A DNA stretch of 64,000 nucleotides from Octopus bimaculoides (taxonomy: Eukaryota): positions 26,554,493-26,618,492 of the forward strand of contig NC_068989.1 in NCBI RefSeq assembly GCF_001194135.2. Direction: 5' to 3'. This document shows positions 54,079 to 64,000 of the stretch, one piece after another. Made by a program: the position numbers and the translations under genes. The notes beneath the pieces are model-generated. The model was not told where the DNA came from. It worked only from the letters and a program-made list of their open reading frames with translations, and did not search any database. Numbering within the stretch: the first letter of the stretch is position 1; each line of letters starts with the position of its first letter.

Positions 54079-54557
54079 GTGGCTGTGGTGGTGGTGACGA
54101 TAACAATAATGATAATGATAGCAAACCACTCTTACTAAGTCCAACGAAAAATACCGGGATTGTTGTTCAACAATAGGAAACTGGAAGGTTATTAAACACA
54201 AAAAAATGACTTCAGTGCATCGAAAAATGACGACTAATAGATGTATAATAGCAACGAAATACATAAAAAAGCAGCACTATGAATAACTAAATAATATCTC
54301 TATGTGTTAGTAAAATGTTATAGCTGTTCACCCCATAAGGAAAATGTAGTGCAAATATTGATAGCGTTTCGCCTACAATAACTGCAAGTACATTACGCTA
54401 ATGGAAAAACAAATTATATCAACAGCATACTGATGCTCAAAATCAAAACGATAAACCAACAGGCGCGAAGTTCGTGTTCAAATAAACCGCCAAACAATAA
54501 GAAAGTTACCCCTGCCATAGACATATATCAATTTGGTATACGAAGTGTTTGTCGAAG

Positions 54558-55091
54558 TCTGTGTTTGATTAGTATTTGCGAAAGGAAATCATCGTTCCCA
54601 TCTCTAGACTTACGTGATACACACAGATCCAGATTACTGGGTAGCAATCCATCATCACAAATAACATTCAGACAAATATAGTATCTGAGGACATGTCTTC
54701 CTGGGCCTATAAACAACAGTAGCATCGTCCCTTATGAGACCGCCAGATTTAGGTGGCAAAACTACTTCACGACACCGTGTTGGTTCTGTTTACTTCTCGC
54801 TCAGAGATTTAATATTGCTTGTCTCTCCTTTTAAGAGATCAGCGACAGTTTGTCACTGGATAAAACATATCGTATTTTGTGTTTGGGATGAGTTTTCATC
54901 GTTATCTAATGATTATCACACAGTGATGACTTGTCTGTATGACATAAGGCTAGAGATGGGAACGATGATTTCCCTCTACAAATACCAATGAGACACAGAC
55001 AGTGTGTCGTTAGCCAACTGGAGAAGAGATCATTATAGGAATATAAACAACAGTAGCATCGTCCCCTATTTAGGTGTTAAATATACTTCAC
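54558..55091. repeat. Three pieces of the GTGAAG repeat family: 54558-54626(+), 54687-54770(-), 54931-55091(-)
   Basis: 24-bp perfect inverted match ggaaatcatcgttcccatctctag (54584-54607 / 54950-54973) inside a longer imperfect one; direct repeat tataaacaacagtagcatcgtccc (~54708 and ~55042). Confidence 0.85.
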
Positions 55092-56709
55092 TATATATAT
55101 ATAAGCAAAAATTTAGATTCAGATGAATTAGTTACTTAAGTTGAGGCACCAGAATTTGGTACGGTATTAACTTAATTTAATTCTATGTCTTTATGCAGCT
55201 GAGGATTGCTCTGCATTTAAATCGATGAAATGATTGCATTGTTCATTTAAATGGAGTTGCTTGAAACGATCGCACTGCATTACCTCCGGATATCCTTTTT
55301 GTTTATTTATTTATTTATATATATATATATATATNNNNNNNNNNNNNNNNNNNNNNNNNNNNNNNNNNNNNNNNNNNNNNNNNNNNNNNNNNNNNNNNNN
55401 NNNNNNNNNNNNNNNNNNNNNNNNNNNNNNNNNNNNNNNNNNNNNNNNNNNNNNNNNNNNNNNNNNNNNNNNNNNNNNNNNNNNNNNNNNNNNNNNNNNN
55501 NNNNNNNNNNNNNNNNNNNNNNNNNNNNNNNNNNNNNNNNNNNNNNNNNNNNNNNNNNNNNNNNNNNNNNNNNNNNNNNNNNNNNNNNNNNNNNNNNNNN
55601 NNNNNNNNNNNNNNNNNNNNNNNNNNNNNNNNNNNNNNNNNNNNNNNNNNNNNNNNNNNNNNNNNNNNNNNNNNNNNNNNNNNNNNNNNNNNNNNNNNNN
55701 NNNNNNNNNNNNNNNNNNNNNNNNNNNNNNNNNNNNNNNNNNNNNNNNNNNNNNNNNNNNNNNNNNNNNNNNNNNNNNNNNNNNNNNNNNNNNNNNNNNN
55801 NNNNNNNNNNNNNNNNNNNNNNNNNNNNNNNNNNNNNNNNNNNNNNNNNNNNNNNNNNNNNNNNNNNNNNNNNNNNNNNNNNNNNNNNNNNNNNNNNNNN
55901 NNNNNNNNNNNNNNNNNNNNNNNNNNNNNNNNNNNNNNNNNNNNNNNNNNNNNNNNNNNNNNNNNNNNNNNNNNNNNNNNNNNNNNNNNNNNNNNNNNNN
56001 NNNNNNNNNNNNNNNNNNNNNNNNNNNNNNNNNNNNNNNNNNNNNNNNNNNNNNNNNNNNNNNNNNNNNNNNNNNNNNNNNNNNNNNNNNNNNNNNNNNN
56101 NNNNNNNNNNNNNNNNNNNNNNNNNNNNNNNNNNNNNNNNNNNNNNNNNNNNNNNNNNNNNNNNNNNNNNNNNNNNNNNNNNNNNNNNNNNNNNNNNNNN
56201 NNNNNATATATATATATATATATAATGTGGATATATATATATAAGTGTGTATTTATATATTTACACACATATATTCACACACACACGTATATGTATGTAA
56301 ATATGTATGTATACATACTTGAATAATACTTGGATAAATATCTTGTTGCATGCTATACAAACCGCTTTTACTAGTATTGACGACTGGATGTTATACATTG
56401 GGAATTCGCCTGTCACTGAATATACATCTGGAATTCGATAGTATCCTCAGAGATTATAAAAAGAGAGAAATTGGACGGCATTCTTCACTTCATATACCTA
56501 CAATTATTTCCACCCATCTTCACACCTACATTACATTAGTAAGATGATATGATCAATATATTATGCAGACAATCCATCAAACGTGGTTAAATGTTTTTTT
56601 TTTTTCAATTGATTGTCTTGAATAAGTCCTTTGTTCGAATAAACTTTCGTCTCACTCTATACAAGATTAAACATGTGGTTGATTCATAGGATCTCCAACG
56701 TATAGTGAT

Positions 56710-57421
56710 AGAGTGTGTGCTACTTAAGGAGAGAGTATCGCTTCTAAGTTTCTAATTTTGTTCTCTTATGTTGAGAAATAATTATCAAAGAGTGAAGAGA
56801 GTTAAAAGAACATATATCCATATAATTCCTTTCTTAACCTGTACGGTAGTCATGGATAGTACCATAACTCCAGAATATAAATTTAGTTACATGTAAAACT
56901 CATGTAAAACTCATGTAAGAATTAAAATTTATGATGAGCAATGTTTTTCCTTTTAACGGTGGATAAAAGAATTAAAAACTGATAGAGGAAGAGAGAGAAG
57001 CCTCTTACGTGTTTTTTTAAATGACTTGCATGTGGTTTCAGGTCTTCTTTTCATAGTTCCAGTATAGATCTGCTTTGTGTAATGGTTCCTTGTGAAGTTA
57101 CTTTTAATGTCTTCCCTACAGGCCATATACAAGCTCTTGTATGTTCGTCCCGGGTACAAATGATGGGTTTCTGGCTGTATTTTCATGCTGCTTTATTCAT
57201 CGAAATGATTTAAAATCAGTACTTTTTTCTTATCTCGTCATGGTGCTTTGCACTCAGTTCCTGTGGATAGCATTTGAGATCCGGCCTGTGTTCTATATAC
57301 ATGTGGTTGGTTCGTTTGGAACGGCTACTAATAGGGAGAGAGAGTGTACTACTTCAGGTGAGAGAAGCGCTTTTATTGTTTATATCTTTATACTTATGTT
57401 GAGAAATCATTATGAAAGAGT
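56710..57421 (-). mobile_element. Possible Penelope-like GIY-YIG remnant bracketed by ~80-bp degenerate direct repeats
   Basis: KSLYMACRE...KQIYTGTMKRRPETTCKSFK weakly resembles a GIY-YIG segment; repeats 56710-56793 and 57340-57421 (cttatgttgagaaat.attat.aaagagt). Confidence 0.3.
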
Positions 57422-57834
57422 AAAATCTAAATCCTTAGTTAAAATGACGAACAAAACAAAATATAAAATCGACGAAATAAAAACCAAAACGAAGCCCCAT
57501 GTTCAATTTACTACAAAATAAAACAATCTTCACGGTCAGATTATTAGGAAGAAAAAGGAAATAAATGAAATTTAGCTTTTAGAGATAATAATGTCATAAA
57601 GTGGTAAAGTCTGATCATTACTTGTGCTCGTTGTATACCCCTACCTGTTAAAATGAAGCATTTGGCCTTATCGTACTTTGGAATCTGTCACTATAGAAAG
57701 ATAATTCACGATCGTTTAGCATCCAAGCCATTCAGAAAAATTAGTAGGTAAGTTCTCTGTTCCACATACATACATGTTCTTCTATATGCCCACATGCAAG
57801 TTACGATACGTAGTTTTACATATATTCTATTATT

Positions 57835-58065
57835 ATTTTACTTGTTCCAGTCATTTGCTTGCGGCCATGCTGCGGCGCCGTATTATAATGTAATAGTCGA
57901 ACGAATCGACCTCAGGACTTATTTTCATGAAGCTTAGAAATCATTCTAACGCTGTATTTTCCCGGACTGCTAAGAAGATACAGGGACACAAACGCACCAA
58001 CACAGTGGGACTTAACCTGGAACTATGAGGTTGAGAAGCAAGCTTATTACCACACGGACAAACTT
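57835..58065 (-). mobile_element. Bipartite SINE copy with central deletion (head joined directly to tail)
   Basis: ttacttgttccagtcatttgcttgcggccatgctg (tail) joined at ...accaacacag|tgggact... to the reverse complement of the head (gcaagcttattaccacac). Confidence 0.7.
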
Positions 58066-58294
58066 GAACCTATATATATATATATATATNNNNNNNNNNN
58101 NNNNNNNNNNNNNNNNNNNNNNNNNNNNNNNNNNNNNNNNNNNNNNNNNNNNNNNNNNNNNNNNNNNNNNNNNNNNNNNNNNNNNNNNNNNNNNNNNNNN
58201 NNNNNNNNNNNNNNNNNNNNNNNNNNNNNNNNNNNNNNNNNNNNNNNNNNNNNNNNNNNNNNNNNTATAGTAATGCTTATATGTATATCCGAAC

Positions 58295-58455
58295 AGAATG
58301 TGGAAGTCCTATAAAGGACGATGTTACTGTTGTTCTAGTCTCAGGTCTCAGGAAAACATCTTTTCTAGCTGACTATTGACACACAGTTTGTGTCCGTATA
58401 GCATTTACAAGGGAGGTAATCACTCCCATCTTTACCCTTACGGGATACTTACAAA
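58295..58455 (+). repeat. Diverged copy of the GTGAAG repeat family
   Basis: aatgtgg...aaggacgatgttactgttgtt...caggaaaacatc...gacacacagtttgtgtcc...tcactcccatcttta. Confidence 0.6.
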
Positions 58456-58959
58456 CCTATGTTTCAGATTGTTATCCATCTTCATATATACAAATATGGT
58501 TGTTTAGTTCACAGGTTATATAAACGACTAGGTACGCTGACTAAGTACTGTAACGGATTATCAGGGCTCCATGCTCTATAACCGAGACGGGAGTTATGGA
58601 ACCAATGTACATTTCCGATATAGCAGATATATATTTGTTAAAGAGGGCAACAAACGTTAAGGCAAGACAATCATATCAAGTTATATTTGTTATTATTATT
58701 AGAAAAAATTTAAGTCTTAAAGATGTTTCTGGGATATCCAGAAATATAGGATATCCCGTCTTTGGAGATAAATAGGGAAAATGTGAGTGGTATAGATCAA
58801 GGAAACAATGAAATAAAGGGGAAATAAAGAGATAAAAAATAAAAACGTGAAGCTTAAGATGTCAAAGCTCAAATTTACAATAGTGTAGATGCTAGTCCAT
58901 AAGTCTTTACCTACATTCCTATGTAAACCCAAGAGTATTGAGATGTTTTATCTTGCCTT

Positions 58960-61900
58960 AGCGTTTGCTGTCCTCTTTAAAATTATTTCACACCCGATGC
59001 CACTACCCCACTTCTTCACTACCCCTCTTCCTCCCTGATATGCTCCCCCACTCTAACCAAAACCCCGTCCCTCCAACCCTCCACGCACATACCCCCNNNN
59101 NNNNNNNNNNNNNNNNNNNNNNNNNNNNNNNNNNNNNNNNNNNNNNNNNNNNNNNNNNNNNNNNNNNNNNNNNNNNNNNNNNNNNNNNNNNNNNNNNNNN
59201 NNNNNNNNNNNNNNNNNNNNNNNNNNNNNNNNNNNNNNNNNNNNNNNNNNNNNNNNNNNNNNNNNNNNNNNNNNNNNNNNNNNNNNNNNNNNNNNNNNNN
59301 NNNNNNNNNNNNNNNNNNNNNNNNNNNNNNNNNNNNNNNNNNNNNNNNNNNNNNNNNNNNNNNNNNNNNNNNNNNNNNNNNNNNNNNNNNNNNNNNNNNN
59401 NNNNNNNNNNNNNNNNNNNNNNNNNNNNNNNNNNNNNNNNNNNNNNNNNNNNNNNNNNNNNNNNNNNNNNNNNNNNNNNNNNNNNNNNNNNNNNNNNNNN
59501 NNNNNNNNNNNNNNNNNNNNNNNNNNNNNNNNNNNNNNNNNNNNNNNNNNNNNNNNNNNNNNNNNNNNNNNNNNNNNNNNNNNNNNNNNNNNNNNNNNNN
59601 NNNNNNNNNNNNNNNNNNNNNNNNNNNNNNNNNNNNNNNNNNNNNNNNNNNNNNNNNNNNNNNNNNNNNNNNNNNNNNNNNNNNNNNNNNNNNNNNNNNN
59701 NNNNNNNNNNNNNNNNNNNNNNNNNNNNNNNNNNNNNNNNNNNNNNNNNNNNNNNNNNNNNNNNNNNNNNNNNNNNNNNNNNNNNNNNNNNNNNNNNNNN
59801 NNNNNNNNNNNNNNNNNNNNNNNNNNNNNNNNNNNNNNNNNNNNNNNNNNNNNNNNNNNNNNNNNNNNNNNNNNNNNNNNNNNNNNNNNNNNNNNNNNNN
59901 NNNNNNNNNNNNNNNNNNNNNNNNNNNNNNNNNNNNNNNNNNNNNNNNNNNNNNNNNNNNNNNNNNNNNNNNNNNNNNNNNNNNNNNNNNNNNNNNNNNN
60001 NNNNNNNNNNNNNNNNNNNNNNNNNNNNNNNNNNNNNNNNNNNNNNNNNNNNNNNNNNNNNNNNNNNNNAAATATTCTCAAGTTTCACTGGCCCCTATCC
60101 CGAACTATGCGGCCGTTATGTTGTTGACTGTATTGGTGAGACCTCATTCTCCCGCGAACATCTAGACTCCTTCCTCTCTTTTGTCAAATCTTTCCATCCT
60201 GCCCTCCACTGCTCTAACACCTCTGTCTCTTTTCTTGACATTTCGGTCAGCATTCATCACTCCACTCTCACCCCCTCCATCCACTACAAACACACAGACT
60301 AACACTCATACCTCGACTTCTCCTCACACCCTAACACACTAAGCTTTCTATCTCCTTTTCCNNNNNNNNNNNNNNNNNNNNNNNNNNNNNNNNNNNNNNN
60401 NNNNNNNNNNNNNNNNNNNNNNNNNNNNNNNNNNNNNNNNNNNNNNNNNNNNNNNNNNNNNNNNNNNNNNNNNNNNNNNNNNNNNNNNNNNNNNNNNNNN
60501 NNNNNNNNNNNNNNNNNNNNNNNNNNNNNNNNNNNNNNNNNNNNNNNNNNNNNNNNNNNNNNNNNNNNNNNNNNNNNNNNNNNNNNNNNNNNNNNNNNNN
60601 NNNNNNNNNNNNNNNNNNNNNNNNNNNNNNNNNNNNNNNNNNNNNNNNNNNNNNNNNNNNNNNNNNNNNNNNNNNNNNNNNNNNNNNNNNNNNNNNNNNN
60701 NNNNNNNNNNNNNNNNNNNNNNNNNNNNNNNNNNNNNNNNNNNNNNNNNNNNNNNNNNNNNNNNNNNNNNNNNNNNNNNNNNNNNNNNNNNNNNNNNNNN
60801 NNNNNNNNNNNNNNNNNNNNNNNNNNNNNNNNNNNNNNNNNNNNNNNNNNNNNNNNNNNNNNNNNNNNNNNNNNNNNNNNNNNNNNNNNNNNNNNNNNNN
60901 NNNNNNNNNNNNNNNNNNNNNNNNNNNNNNNNNNNNNNNNNNNNNNNNNNNNNNNNNNNNNNNNNNNNNNNNNNNNNNNNNNNNNNNNNNNNNNNNNNNN
61001 NNNNNNNNNNNNNNNNNNNNNNNNNNNNNNNNNNNNNNNNNNNNNNNNNNNNNNNNNNNNNNNNNNNNNNNNNNNNNNNNNNNNNNNNNNNNNNNNNNNN
61101 NNNNNNNNNNNNNNNNNNNNNNNNNNNNNNNNNNNNNNNNNNNNNNNNNNNNNNNNNNNNNNNNNNNNNNNNNNNNNNNNNNNNNNNNNNNNNNNNNNNC
61201 ACTCTACTGGTCACTCTTTGAAACCCCTGTCTGTGTTCGGATTGTCCTTGCACAGGGGTTATCTAGTCTCCCGTTTTCACCGTCACAAGGGATTATTCTT
61301 CTCTCTTTGCTCCTTTGCGCCACACGGACTCAAACCTCCTCCCCTCTCCTCTCTCTCACACCTACCTCCTCCCACCCACCTCTCCTCCCATGCTCCGACT
61401 CCTACTTCTCTTCACTTCTACTCTCCTTCTCTCTTCTCTTCACTCCTACCCACCTTCTCTTTCCCCCCACTCCCTTCAACATCAGCCCTCCTTCGTAACC
61501 TCACCCCTACACAATCGAACCCCATCTGCCCTATCCATTCCAGCCCACTCCCACCTCAACCCTTACACATACTCCCACATACCCCACCCTCATCCTAACC
61601 CACACCCCATCGTTGCTTTCTCCAACATCGCCTCCCACACATACCAACATCACCACACCACACCACACTCCACCACACCATACACCACCATACCACACAG
61701 CACTACATCACATCACACTACAACGCACACACTAGCACTCACACCATCATCCACACACACATATACACACGAACACGTCAAGGTCACCAGCCCTCTACCG
61801 CAGGCACATACATTGTCTCTCATACACACACACGCGCACCTTTGTTTTGGGATGACCACTACTTATTTATCTCCTCTTCTTCCTAGCTCTCCTGTGTGAC

Positions 61901-62100
61901 CCCTCTGTTAGGCATGTACCATAATAGATCGCTAGCGACTACACATTCATTTTCTCTCCTTATTTCTTGCTGTGCTCCTTTCTGTGGAAGAGCGTAGGCT
62001 CGAAACGTTAAAGATTTTTTCACTTCTCGGGCGTTAAACTATTACATCTGTTTGTTATGTACATTACCTGTCTTCGTTTTTTGTATTTTTTTGTGTGAAT
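58960..62100 (+). mobile_element. Penelope-like element with C-rich sense strand, largely in gaps
   Basis: 60071-60361: GRYVVDCIG...SFLDISVSI...SIHYKHTD*HSYLDFSSHP (RT catalytic region and thumb); 61200-61330: LSVFGLSLHRG...GLFFSLCSFAPHGL (endonuclease tail); C-rich low-complexity 3' region and terminal module. Confidence 0.8.
61978..62013 (+). ncRNA. Minimal hammerhead-ribozyme-like motif, variant core, in the PLE terminal region
   Basis: cttt-CTGTGGA-a-GAGC-gtag-GCTC-GAAAC-GTT-aaag: stem I cttt/aaag, stem II GAGC/GCTC, palindromic ACGT stem III; core differs from CUGANGA at A6. Confidence 0.5.
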
Positions 62101-62102
62101 TG

Positions 62103-62175
<73 letters not shown>

Positions 62176-62573
62176 TTTCTATTATATTAAAATATCGTAT
62201 GTCCAACTTTGGCCAAATGCGTTTGTTTCAATAATTATTTTAGCTTGCAATAGCCGGTTGATTTGTCCAGACTAACGTATCTCCAGCTGCTTCAGAGGCA
62301 ATGATATCAATAATTTAGGACAATGGTTTTGCTATGGAATAATGAATCTATATTTTTGCTTTCTGAAAAAGCAACGCGTTGGACTTACGACATAATAACA
62401 ACGATATATATTTCTATATGTACACTTTTTACATACATTCTTACTATTTTTCCTATTTATATCGGTATTTGTTCCAAAATTTGGCACAAGACCGGTTATT
62501 TTTGGGTGGTCTTGCAGTTATTCGCCCTGGCGAAATTTTGAATATGTACCCTAATATTATTATATGTTCTAAA

Positions 62574-62782
62574 GCGTCGAGCAGGCAGAATTGTTAGCAT
62601 GTCGGGCAAAATTCCTTGCGACCTTTCGTCATTATGTTGTGAGTTCAAGTTCCACCGAGGTCGACTTCGCCTTTCATGCTCTCGGTGTCGATACAAATAA
62701 ATACCATCTGAATTCTGACGTCCATGTATTCGACTTATCACCTCCACCGAAATTAGTAGCATTGTACCAAGGTTTGAAAACC
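62574..62782 (+). mobile_element. Degenerate tRNA-derived SINE of a further family
   Basis: ggcagaattgttagca A-box-like, gagttcaagttcc B-box, central gtcgacttcgcctttcatgctctcggtgtcgatacaaataaatacc motif resembling a conserved metazoan SINE domain (from recall). Confidence 0.65.
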
Positions 62783-62979
62783 CATATCAATATGTCTTCG
62801 AAGTCTATCAGCAATGAAATTTCGCTGCAACGTTGATTGATTAGAATTTGTTTACATAGGTCTAAATAGTTTTAAACAACTATGCTTATTTATTCAAACA
62901 TTAATGGTTAGCTAAATATATGTCACCTACGTAGAAGAGAAAGTAAACATTTTTCCTGTCTGTCATCTGATATTGATAC

Positions 62980-63930
62980 ACATTGATACTTCGCAAGAAG
63001 TTATTCTACAACCTTGCACCATACGGAGGCATATAACTACATATACATCGCAGGTCACAATGTACTCTCATTTCATTCTTGATTCCGCCATTGTTTTCCA
63101 TCTTGGCCCAATAAATTATCTTCCCAACGTCGTGGAGGCCTTTCGAATGCCGTTTTCAAAACTCTTCAATATCACTTGGGATCTGCATGGTTGCATCTGT
63201 TGCCGCTAGACCTATAGACATGACCGGCTCAGCAGAAATGCGCTTTGGTATTTTACGATCACCTCTGTTCTCATATGCAATATGCTCTCGCAATGATATT
63301 CCCTTCAATGATCATTTCATGACCCTTTGCGTCGTGGACAATCGATGTTCTTCACTCTTCGTAGTTACCCACGTCTCTCTCGAGACAATGCTATTGAAGA
63401 TTCTTTCAAGTTGGTCCCGTTGAAGAGTCCTTCAAGTAGTGTCCAGTCGTGGCTAATTGACGTTCTTCACTCTTCGTAGTTATCGATGTCTCTCTCTAGG
63501 ACAGTACTATTTAAGAATCTCTCAAGTATAGTCCCGTCCAGATTTGCTTTCGGCATATACTTGATTGAGGTAAAGGCTTTTCTTACAAACTACCTTTCCA
63601 AGATTTCAGCATCCATGACTCGGCGCAAAATCACAGTGTGCCCTAACTCCGCGTAATCCTTTACCTCCTCAATTTCGTCCTTGTGCATTGTATTCGAACC
63701 ACTTTTGATTTGTTCTCAGGCTGTTCAGATCTACACCTACTGCTGAGTTCTACTAGCATGGTCTGCAGCTCAACTTTATTTTCAGCGACGAGCTCGAAAA
63801 CGTAATTGAATTGAAGGTGTATTAGTAGATCGCAGTTGAGGATCGTGCTACCAGTCCAATCAATGCTATCGAAGACGATGAAATGAAAGAATTCTAACAA
63901 GGACTGTATGAAGCAGTAGCTCAGTAATTC
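62980..63930 (-). mobile_element. Second RTE-clade LINE relic (RT C-terminus to 3' region)
   Basis: IHLQFNYVFELVAENKVELQTMLVEL (degenerate HLRFADD region), SKVVRI, YAELGH, RETWVTTKSEEHRLSTTQR, GISLREHI. Confidence 0.8.
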
Positions 63931-64000
63931 ATTACACCATAGTGTGAATGTAAGGTATTTATGTATGTATATGTATATATGCATGCATGTGCATGCATAT

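Larger units (their letters stand above)
12471..61199. other. Assembly gaps (N-runs), about 15 in total
   Basis: Approximately 12471-12551, 24817-25289, 29354-29642, 32230-32884, 34568-34826, 36816-36825, 37494-38042, 41711-42117, 43116-43298, 46911-47162, 47937-48111, 55335-56206, 58090-58265, 59098-60070, 60362-61199; many abut microsatellites or repeats. Confidence 0.99.

Noticed and set aside
24614-61253. Long ORFs in the track (200-445 aa) such as 58965-60302, 55234-56244 and 32114-32950
   Set aside because: They run through N-gaps (poly-X) and microsatellite translations (YIYI, CVCV, HTHT); they are not genes.
1-64000. CRISPR array or prokaryotic operon
   Set aside because: No regularly spaced repeat-spacer units and no dense coding; the sequence is eukaryotic and repeat-rich.

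Overview
AT-rich, microsatellite-dense animal DNA with about 15 N-gaps, from a short-read scaffold. The SINE families look cephalopod (Octopus-like); that is recalled from memory, not checked by search. I found no intact host gene, rRNA, bona fide tRNA or CRISPR array. Almost every ORF in the supplied track is a microsatellite, gap or antisense artefact. The window is mostly decayed mobile elements: a near full-length mariner, an internally deleted Tc1, an Academ-type DNA transposon relic (XPG-like nuclease plus Cys-rich finger), MITEs and fold-backs, several Penelope-like relics, CR1/L2-like and RTE LINE fragments, R4/Dong-type LINE 3' ends and several tRNA-derived SINE families. Most notable: (i) four different R4/Dong-type 3' ends in the same orientation, each bracketed by (TAA)n/(ATG)n tracts, at 52.4-54.1 kb; (ii) a minimal hammerhead-ribozyme-like motif at the end of a Penelope-like element (61978-62013); (iii) an unclassified ~170-bp repeat family present seven times, including a micro-homology template-switch copy; (iv) several strong hairpins and fold-backs; (v) a degenerate ~1.2-kb tandem triplication at 16.7-19.2 kb. 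I cannot support a claim of a wholly new biological system.
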